Below, in pieces: positions 28,619-35,982 of a DNA stretch of 64,000 nucleotides. Source of the stretch: an uncultured Bacteroidota bacterium (GTDB lineage: Bacteria; Bacteroidota; Ignavibacteria; Kryptoniales; JAKASW01); the NCBI GenBank assembly GCA_963768145.1, contig CAVYHK010000034.1:40537-104536 (forward strand), in the 5' to 3' direction. Below the pieces are notes generated by a model, which saw nothing but the letters and a program-made list of their open reading frames with translations, did not search any database and had not been told where the DNA came from. Made by a program: the position numbers and the translations under genes. The stretch's first letter is position 1. Every line of letters begins with the position of its first letter.

Positions 28619-28663
28619 AATATAACATAACACTGTTACGTTGTCAAGACCTTATTTTATAAT
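28619..28663. promoter_or_regulatory. Overlapping divergent sigma70-like promoters with an inverted repeat in the spacer
   Basis: Minus strand: TTGACA (28647-28642), 17 nt, TATATT (28624-28619), 17 nt before the yhbD-like ATG. The inverted repeat TAACA-n-TGTTA (28628-28638) lies inside that spacer. Plus strand: TTACGT (28636-28641), 16 nt, TATAAT (28658-28663). Confidence 0.4.
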
Positions 28664-29194
28664 TCATACGCGGATTCTCTGGTTAAGTTTCAAGTTACGT
28701 AACGACCCTTGCTTGTACATCAACGAGGGAAGTCCTCCCGCGTCCTCCCGAGCACCGCCTCTTATTCAATCTTTCCGCTATTCTTGGGAGATCAGTCCGG
28801 CAACTACACAAAGCGGACCCGCACTGCTACAGAAATCAAGGAGGTTGTTTGGACTGTTGCAAGGTAACACCCGCCAGGGAACGACCCATCCAAACCAGTC
28901 ATAAGCGTCCCAGAGCTAACGTGGGAATCGTGAACCTGACAGCCGTGATTGTCGTGCGTACCGGAACGCAAGCCGAGTCTTCCAATGATTTACGAACGCT
29001 AACCTGATCTGCGTAACCCGGGACCAGGTAATAACGTGCTGTCAACCGACGAGAATGTTTCTGGTGACCCCACCCGAGCGGGGATAATTTCAAGGGGACA
29101 GCGGGGACGTCGAGTCAACTCCTTGAGACTGCATCCATTGCATCCCGCAGCGGTATTCGTTATTTTGAATGTAACAACACAAGGCAATTAATAG
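28664..29194 (+). other. ORF-free long leader or independent structured-RNA candidate upstream of the radical SAM gene
   Basis: No plausible coding frame; the three short ORFs here have no recognisable protein features. Local helices include CTCCCGAG/CTTGGGAG (28745-52/28783-90), GTCCG/CGGAC (28795-99/28814-18) and TGCGT/ACGCA. Strand and ends are unknown. Confidence 0.25.
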
Positions 29195-30691
29195 ATGAAA
29201 ATCCTACTCGCATATCCGGAGTATCCTGACACATTTTGGAGTTTCAGGCATGCACTGAAATTTATTTCGAAGAAAGCGGCTTTCCCGCCCCTGGGACTTC
29301 TCACGGTAGCTGCGATGCTCCCAAAAGAGTGGGAAAAAAGAGTCGTCGATCTGAACGTTGGACCACTACGCGACGCTGACGTGTCATGGGCCGATTATGT
29401 TTTCATAAGTGCGATGTCGGTTCAAAAAGAGTCGGCAAGAAAAATCATTGACAGATGTAAGCAGCTTGACAGAAAGACAGTAGCAGGGGGACCGCTGTTT
29501 ACGGCGGTGCACGACGAGTTCGACGATGTCGATCATCTAGTATTAAACGAAGCGGAGATCACTCTGAAGCCCTTTCTCTCCGACTTAGCCGAAGGAAAAG
29601 CGCAGCATATATACACGACTACCGAGTGGGCCGATGTGGCGAAGACTCCAGTTCCAGCTTGGGACTTGATAAATTTCAAGAATTATGCATCGATGAATCT
29701 TCAGTATTCGCGAGGCTGTCCATACGATTGCGAGTTCTGCGACATAACCGTCCTTTACGGCAGAGTTCCGCGGACCAAGACCAAAGAGCAGGTCATCGCC
29801 GAGCTTGATACTCTGTATGACCATGGCTGGAATGCGAGCGTCTTTTTTGTCGATGACAACTTTGTCGGCAACAGGAATAAACTGAAGAAGGAAATTCTTC
29901 CTCGGATAATCGAATGGATGGAAGAGAAAAAACAACCCTTCTATTTTAATACTGAAGTTTCACTTAACACCGCTGATGATGAAGAGTTGATGACCTTGAT
30001 GGCAAAGGCTGGATTCAACGCGGTCTTTGTCGGCATCGAGTCGCCGAACGAGGCAAGCCTCGAGGAATGCAAGAAGATTCCGAATAAACGTCGTGATCTT
30101 GCTGCAAGCGTGAAAAAGCTGCAGAAGTTCGGTATGGAAGTCCAGGGCGGTTTCATTCTCGGATTTGACGTTGACCCAGCTTCAATATTTGACAAGCTAA
30201 CGACGTTCATTCAAGAGACCGGAATTGTTACGGCGATGGTTGGCCTTCTGAATGCACCGCGCGGCACAAAACTTTACAAGAGACTGGCAAGCGAGGGACG
30301 GCTTCTTCATGTCTTCTCAGGCGACAACACCGACTTCTCGATGAATTTTGTCCCGAAAATGAATCGGGATGCGCTAGTCAAGGGTTACAAGAGCGTCGTG
30401 AAAAGAATTTACTCGCCACAGCAGTATTATGCCCGAGTAAAGAACTTCATGAAAAATTATAACCCGACACAGAGTAAAGTATTTCGATTGGTGAGCTTCG
30501 ATTATATCAAGGCACTTTTCAAATCCTCTGTGCGGCTTGGTATAATTGAGAAGGAAAGAGTTTACTACTGGCGGCTATTTTTCTGGTCACTTTTTACCAG
30601 GCCGCAGCTTTTCCCGATGGCAATTACTTTTTGTATTTACGGCTTCCACTTCAGAAAAATATTTGAAGACCACATAATGAATTTAAAATAG
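29195..30691 (+). CDS. B12-binding domain-containing radical SAM protein (DUF4070 C-terminus type)
   Basis: N-terminal cobalamin-binding-like domain (MKILLAYPEYPDTFWSF...FPPLGLLTVAAMLP) and the radical SAM cluster motif CPYDCEFCD. Confidence 0.85.
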   Translation: MKILLAYPEYPDTFWSFRHALKFISKKAAFPPLGLLTVAAMLPKEWEKRVVDLNVGPLRDADVSWADYVFISAMSVQKESARKIIDRCKQLDRKTVAGGPLFTAVHDEFDDVDHLVLNEAEITLKPFLSDLAEGKAQHIYTTTEWADVAKTPVPAWDLINFKNYASMNLQYSRGCPYDCEFCDITVLYGRVPRTKTKEQVIAELDTLYDHGWNASVFFVDDNFVGNRNKLKKEILPRIIEWMEEKKQPFYFNTEVSLNTADDEELMTLMAKAGFNAVFVGIESPNEASLEECKKIPNKRRDLAASVKKLQKFGMEVQGGFILGFDVDPASIFDKLTTFIQETGIVTAMVGLLNAPRGTKLYKRLASEGRLLHVFSGDNTDFSMNFVPKMNRDALVKGYKSVVKRIYSPQQYYARVKNFMKNYNPTQSKVFRLVSFDYIKALFKSSVRLGIIEKERVYYWRLFFWSLFTRPQLFPMAITFCIYGFHFRKIFEDHIMNLK

Positions 30692-30891
30692 GCCGGTTGG
30701 AGTTCACAAACAGGTCTGAGGGGCTGACAGGGGATTAGGAACAAGCGGGCATCATGATTCTTGCAAGTGGATCCCCGATAGCACTGTTCGGGAGTGGCAG
30801 TTCTATGAAGCGTGAGGCATTCAAAAAGGAGTAATCGGTCATCTTCAAAGCGGCCCGCTACCAGTAAGTCCGCTTTCCTGACAGGGCACCA

Positions 30892-31323
30892 ATGCGTAAG
30901 TATATTCTTGTAAGAGGAGAAGTTCCTGTGAGAGGCGGTTGCACCACGTACATTCCTTTGTTAGTCTCAATCCTCCTGAATCTTCATTTTCCCGACATTT
31001 CTTATTCGCAGCAGTTAAGCCGTCAGCCAGCGACTGGGGAGCAATCCTTGGCAGAGTGGAAGCAGATGGCAAACCGGTCGCCGGTGCGACTGTCAGTCTA
31101 TTTGAACTCGATCGTTCCAGCTTTTCCGATCCGAGTGGCCATTTCGCATTTCTTAGCGTGCTAAACGGAACCTACCATTTCTACGTCCGCATAATCGGAT
31201 GCCCTTCGGCAACTGACAGAATTCAATTGGCCGGGGGAGATGGTGAAGCACCTTTTACTCTCTGTGAATCAGCAATCGAAGCCGAGGAAGTTGTTGTCTC
31301 GGCCTCACCTTACGCTCAACCGC
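30892..31323 (+). pseudogene. N-terminal fragment of a TonB-dependent receptor (signal peptide + carboxypeptidase-regulatory-like domain), frameshifted and truncated
   Basis: MRKYIL...ISYSQQ in frame 1. GAILGRVEADGKPVAGATVSL...GTYHFYVR...EEVVVSASPYAQP in frame 3. The frames join if the G4 run at 31036-31039 gains one G. The sequence ends at the start of the plug domain, and no barrel follows. Confidence 0.5.
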
Positions 31324-31395
31324 CAGATCGATCAGGCAATGTATGAATTGTATGGGCTGACGGAAAAGGAGATAAAGATTGTGGAGGGTAGATGA
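31324..31395 (+). pseudogene. C-terminal tail remnant of an N6-adenine DNA methyltransferase / type IIG-type I-BREX-like enzyme
   Basis: Translates to QIDQAMYELYGLTEKEIKIVEGR*. This is the stereotyped C-terminal peptide (..YELYGLTEEEI.IVE) of such enzymes. Nothing upstream of it belongs to that family. Confidence 0.45.
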
Positions 31396-31739
31396 AAACA
31401 CCCATGAACTCAATGCCACCGATCCTGTCCAACAAGCATCACGCGCGCGTGTCTGTTTTCAGTGCCGGGAGCCTCCTACGCGAGGCGAGGCGCAGCTGTA
31501 TCATGGCACTAACAAAGATTTTCATAATATCTTGGTCTCTTCTCAGTCCAACTTTTAATTCGACCCTAAAAGTCTACAGAGGGTATGAGTGAAATGTAAA
31601 CAGCTCGTCTAGAAGGGGTAACGTTCTGTTAGTTACCATGCGAAACACGTTTCTCCCGCGCGGTACCATGAAACGATCTCCATAATTATCTTCAGCAAAA
31701 AGAATGCTGGCGCTTGTTGTGAGCTCGGCGGTCCACATT

Positions 31740-32982
31740 CTATTCTATCGCTTCCAGCATTACAACCGTCAAATCATCGCATACAGAATAAGTGCCTCTA
31801 AACAATTCAACATCTTGTAATAGACTCCCGACAGAGGATGATCTGCGAGCAAGATGATCGGCTAAGCGCCTCTCCCCATATTGTTCGAGTGACGAGTTCA
31901 TTGCCTCGGTGAGTCCATCCGAATAAAACACAAGCCTTGCTCCTGCCTTCAGCGTCACTGCTCGCTCCGAGAAAGAGCACTCTTGTATCCCGAGGGGCAA
32001 TCCTGTCTCGGTCGACAAAAAATCCGCGCCATTTGCATCAGCAATAAGTGGAAGACAATGCCCAGCGTTTGCAAAGATGACGCTTTTCCTCTTCAGGATC
32101 CAGAATTGCATACACCATGGTGACGAATTTTGAAGCCGGGAAGTCTTTCAGAAGCAGATGGTTTACCCGGCCCAAAACCTCCGCTGGCGCCAATCCGCCC
32201 TCGGCAACTAACCGCAGCACCGTGCGTGTCGATGACATGAGCATTGCTGCTCCCATCCCCTTGCCGGAGACGTCCGCCAGGGCGATTGCCAGACGACCAT
32301 CCTGAAGCGGGACATAATCATACCAGTCGCCCCCAACTTCTTCACAAGGGATACAAGTACCATGAACGGCGAATCCGGGGAAAGCGGGAGATATTTGGGG
32401 AAACAGGCTTCGTTGTATCCTTTGCGCCTCAGATAATTCCTTGGCCATTCGTTCCTTCTCGTTCCGCTCTCTCTGGAACATGCGGGCATTCTCTATTGCC
32501 GTAGTAATGTGTCCTCCGAGCGTCTCAAGAAGCTGGATGCGGGCTACTGAGAAACCATCAAGCTCTTTACTCTGGGCGTTTAAGACGCCGATCAGAACGC
32601 CGTGTGATAGCAAAGGGATGTCGACCTCAGAACGAGTCTGACTGTCGCTAACCTGGTAGTACGGGTCAACACTCACGTCGGGTGCGTAGTACGTTTCGCC
32701 TAAGGCGCCGACATGTCCAACCATTCCATACTCTCCGATCTTGATGCGCTCACCCTTGATGTGTTGGTTGGTATCTCCGCCGCAATCGGCTCCAACAACA
32801 AGCTCCATGGTACGCTCGTCTTTCAGCAGGACCGCAAGCCGTGAGCATCCGAATGTCAGGGATACATCGTTGACTATCTCTTCTAAGAGAGAATCGATAT
32901 CTAAATTCGAATTGATCCGTTGTGCCACACGGTGCAGCAAAACGAAGTCTTCCTTCATCTCGCGCTGATTGCTGTTCTTCAT
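31740..32982 (-). CDS. GAF domain + PP2C/SpoIIE-type serine phosphatase, single-base frameshift
   Basis: GAF N-terminus, then GGDWYD...ALADVSGKGMGAAMLM...VYAILDP | SVIFANAGHCLPL...FYSDGLTEA...DDLTVVMLE. ORFs 32038..32982 and 31740..32111 join (EEEKSVIFANAGH) if the A4/T4 run at 32084-32087 gains one base. Confidence 0.8.
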
Positions 32983-33219
32983 TCCTTAGGAATCTGCCTA
33001 TGTTTGAGTCATCTCAAGGTCCGCTGTCGGATAAATTCTTGCCGTAGAGCTTAACGCCGAACGCACTCGCGCTTCTTAGTTCCAGATGCCCATTCATTTG
33101 ATGCCATTTATTTCCTCTTTGTTTGGCATTTTTCATCTAAATCTAACCACCAGTCAATGAAGTGTCAAACCTGCCTCACTCTTCGAAGGATAAGCTCAGC
33201 GGAGGCGAATTACCAAGTC

Positions 33220-33296
33220 TTTATGCTTTCTTTATGTCTTTCGTCTCGCTTTTTACACCCTCTTAATTGCACCGAGCACCGTGCATTTGTCATATT
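33220..33296 (+). promoter_or_regulatory. KdpE-like direct-repeat operator + promoter (copy 1, upstream of PII-like/porin genes)
   Basis: TTTATG (33220), TTTATG (33231) and TTTACA (33252) are phased at about 11 bp. They are followed by TTGCAC, 17-18 nt, and TCATAT/CATATT. About 55 nt is shared with copy 2. Confidence 0.45.
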
Positions 33297-33305
33297 TTCC
33301 CCGCT

Positions 33306-33627
33306 ATGAAAAGGATAGAAGATATTATTGGGCCGGAACATGGGCATTAACTCAAAAGCCATGACCGAAGCAAAAATGACAGACAGCGTGGCAATCGAGC
33401 CTTACGGCAGTCAAGAATATCAAACCAAAGTTGGACCCGAGATGGAACTCGTAATCACTGTTCCTGATTCGCTGGTGCAATCTGTTCTCTCGACAATCGT
33501 TCACGGGGTCAACACCGGGGTTGCTGGCGACGGCAGAATTATCGTGTCGTCGATCGAGAAAATCATCGATCTGGAGGACGAAGAGATTGATGAAAACATG
33601 TTGCAGTGGTTTCAATTGACAAAATGA
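33306..33627 (+). CDS. P-II (GlnB/GlnK)-like signal protein with shortened T-loop, single-base frameshift near the N-terminus
   Basis: MKRIEDIIGPEH is in frame 3 from ATG 33306. GINSKAMTEAKMTDSVAIEPYGSQ...ELVITVPDS...TGVAGDGRIIVSSIEKII is in frame 1. The frames join if the G3 run at 33342-33344 loses one G. The GDG.I.V motif is P-II-like. Confidence 0.5.
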
Positions 33628-33637
33628 GGTTATCATC

Positions 33638-34756
33638 ATGAAGAACATTTTCTTGTGGACCGCATTTCTTGCGGCGCTCTTTTTTGCGGCACCGGCGTTT
33701 GGAGCTGATTCGACATCCACGCCGGCTTCAACCAAGATTTCCTGGAGTGGATTCGTGGATGTTTATTACAGCAAGAACTTTAATAGTCCTTCGAATCAGA
33801 TGAACCAGCTCAGGAATTTCGATATTTACACAAATCAATTCGGGTTGAACCTTGCGAAGCTCACTGTGCAGGAAGCGGCTCAACCTGTCGGCTTCCGTGT
33901 CGATCTTGCCATCGGCACGGGAAACGATGTGGTGCAGGGCCTCCTAAATCCGCTGACCGGAGCAACTGTTCCATCCTCCAGCACGCTGAATGTTGTGGAA
34001 CAGGCGTATCTTACGGCAGTTGTGCCCCTCGGTTCAGGACTAACTGTGGATGTAGGAAAGTTCGCCACGATGATGGGTTACGAGGTGATCGAATCAAACG
34101 GTAATTGGAATTACAGTCGTTCGCTCCTCTTTGCCTGGGCTGTTCCTTATTATCACATTGGGTTGTGCCTAACTTATCCTCTCGCCAGCAATTTGACCGC
34201 CGCCCTTCATATGGTAAATAGTTGGAACACGGCTATAGATAATAACAGGTCGAAGTCTGTCGGATTAGAATTGAGCTATTCTCCGACATCTGCAACGACG
34301 ATCACGTTGAACGGCATGAGCGGGTTCGAGCAGCCAACCGGGGTTCCATACGGGAAAAAAGATGTTGCCGAATTTGTTGCCACTCAGGCAGTTGGAGACA
34401 ATCTTTCGTTTGCGGTTGATGCTACGTACGGCCGAGAGCGAGCAATTGGTTTCCTAGACGTGTGGAAGGGTGTTGCAGCTTATGCCAAATACAATCTCGA
34501 TTCAAAATCGGATATCGCGCTGCGCGGCGAAGTCTATTACGATCCTAATGACTATACAACAACCGTGACATTTCTCAAGGCGACGTTCAAAGAGATCACT
34601 GCCACTTATGAGTACCGTCCCTGGGATTCCATCATATTGCGCCTCGAAGCACGGGATGACTTTGCAAACGGCAATTCATTCATTTCTGCAAGCAGTGGTT
34701 TGCCGACCAGATCATCGCAGCCAACGCTCCTCCTTGGAGTTGTCGCGACGTTTTGA
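33638..34756 (+). CDS. Outer-membrane porin (beta-barrel)
   Basis: Signal peptide MKNIFLWTAFLAALFFAAPAFG, alternating-hydrophobic strands and a C-terminal ...LLLGVVATF with terminal Phe. Confidence 0.6.
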   Translation: MKNIFLWTAFLAALFFAAPAFGADSTSTPASTKISWSGFVDVYYSKNFNSPSNQMNQLRNFDIYTNQFGLNLAKLTVQEAAQPVGFRVDLAIGTGNDVVQGLLNPLTGATVPSSSTLNVVEQAYLTAVVPLGSGLTVDVGKFATMMGYEVIESNGNWNYSRSLLFAWAVPYYHIGLCLTYPLASNLTAALHMVNSWNTAIDNNRSKSVGLELSYSPTSATTITLNGMSGFEQPTGVPYGKKDVAEFVATQAVGDNLSFAVDATYGRERAIGFLDVWKGVAAYAKYNLDSKSDIALRGEVYYDPNDYTTTVTFLKATFKEITATYEYRPWDSIILRLEARDDFANGNSFISASSGLPTRSSQPTLLLGVVATF

Positions 34757-34799
34757 ATAGTTCAAAAACGAGAGCCATGCAGGTAACTTCTTCTTCTTT

Positions 34800-34878
34800 T
34801 TTATGGTTTCTTTACGCTTTCTCGAGTCCTTTTTACACTAATTTAATTGCTTGACATACTGCAACTTCACAATATTAT
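34800..34878 (+). promoter_or_regulatory. KdpE-like direct-repeat operator + promoter (copy 2, upstream of kdpC)
   Basis: TTTATG (34800), TTTACG (34811), TTTACA (34832), then TTGACA (34851-56), 16 nt, TATTAT (34873-78). About 290 nt of leader follows before kdpC. Confidence 0.5.
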
Positions 34879-35168
34879 TTCCGACAAAAATGAGAACAAT
34901 AAATCTAGAAATGTCGTTATCCCAGCGTAATCCTTCAGAAGAGAAAGAAGATACGAATCCGCCGGTGGCCAGCGGAAAGACAAATAACGGGAATGGCGCC
35001 CCGCGGCCCATTATTCGTTTATCCCTTACAGGATCTCGCAATGTAGGAAATAGAAGAAATAATTCGCGAGGATTCATCTCGTTTGTTAGGCTGGTCCGTA
35101 TGCTATTCTTCTTCTACAGGTTTTAGTGACAAATCAAAGTGAATTTTAACAAATTCGAGAGATTAACA

Positions 35169-35756
35169 ATGTTTCTGAATCATCTTCGCACGGCCGCAAT
35201 CAGTTTCTTTCTGTTCAGTGTCCTGACAGGAATACTGTATCCTTTGGCAATTACAGGGATTGCACAACTAGTTTTTCCATTTCAGGCAAATGGAAGCCTC
35301 GTGACAAAAGGTCACAAAATCGTCGGGTCGGCACTGATCGGACAGCCATTCAGCGACCCAAAATATTTCTGGAGCCGGCTTTCAGCGACGAGCCCGTACC
35401 AGTACAATGCCGCGGCATCTACGGGCTCAAATTATGGTCCGCTGAATCCGGCACTCCTTGCCGGCGTGAATCAACGGATCAGCGATCTGAAAAAAAACGA
35501 CTCATTGAACAACCAACCGATTCCGGCCGATCTTGCCACATCATCCGGAAGTGGACTCGATCCGCACATCAGCATAGCGGCGGCGCTGTACCAGCTTCCG
35601 AGGGTTGCACGCGTTCGCCACATGACCATCGAGCAAGTCCGTTCATTGGTGGACGCAAATGTCGAGGGACGGTTCTTAGGCTTCATTGGTGAACCGGGTG
35701 TCAATGTTGTCAAGTTGAACTTAGCCCTGGATGAAATGCAAGGAAAGGGGAAATAA
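35169..35756 (+). CDS. kdpC: K+-transporting ATPase subunit C
   Basis: MFLNHLRTAAISFFLFSVLTGILYPLAITGIAQLVFPFQANGSL and SGSGLDPHIS motifs. The ORF track starts at GTG 35139; I prefer ATG 35169. Confidence 0.85.
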   Translation: MFLNHLRTAAISFFLFSVLTGILYPLAITGIAQLVFPFQANGSLVTKGHKIVGSALIGQPFSDPKYFWSRLSATSPYQYNAAASTGSNYGPLNPALLAGVNQRISDLKKNDSLNNQPIPADLATSSGSGLDPHISIAAALYQLPRVARVRHMTIEQVRSLVDANVEGRFLGFIGEPGVNVVKLNLALDEMQGKGK

Positions 35757-35758
35757 CA

Positions 35759-35893
35759 ATGGATTTAATTTATTTAGGCATCACTGCTGCGCTTCTTCTC
35801 CTGACATGGGGATTGATGAGAATATGTGAAGTTCCTTCTGACGGTTCCAAACAATCGTCGGCGGCGCAGAAAGAAACGGGAGGAAAATCATGA
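35759..35893 (+). CDS. 44-aa single-TM small ORF between kdpC and kdpF
   Basis: ATG 35759, 3 nt after the kdpC stop. Sequence MDLIYLGITAALLLLTWGLMRICEVPSDGSKQSSAAQKETGGKS. Its stop overlaps the kdpF ATG (ATGA). Not in the supplied ORF track because it is too short. Confidence 0.3.
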   Translation: MDLIYLGITAALLLLTWGLMRICEVPSDGSKQSSAAQKETGGKS

Positions 35894-35982
35894 ATTGGCT
35901 TTATTTAATTGCCGGCTTCATATCGCTCGCCCTGCTTATTTATTTATTTGTTGCACTGCTAAAGCCGGAGAAGTTCGAATGA
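35890..35982 (+). CDS. kdpF: K+-transporting ATPase subunit F
   Basis: 30-aa peptide [30 protein letters not shown], with the typical KdpF ending LL(K/R)PE(K/R)F. Its stop overlaps the kdpA ATG (ATGA). Confidence 0.6.
   Translation: MNWLYLIAGFISLALLIYLFVALLKPEKFE

Noticed and set aside
28720-29150. RNase P RNA or tmRNA in the long intergenic region
   Set aside because: GAGGGAAGTCC at 28725 resembles the RNase P CR-I motif (GAGGAAAGUCC). I found no CR-V (ACAGAAnCCGGCUUA) on either strand, and the other look-alike motifs are in the wrong order. There is no tRNA-like 3' end or tag ORF ending in AA-stop for a tmRNA.
34879-35168. c-di-AMP (ydaO-type) riboswitch or a leader peptide in the roughly 290-nt kdp leader
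   Set aside because: Only loose fragments (GAATCC, ACGGGAAT) are present, and the conserved CAGCUAACC..GUAAGCG and GGGGUGAAUC elements are missing. ORF 34851..35126 is low-complexity, starts within the promoter region and has no RBS.
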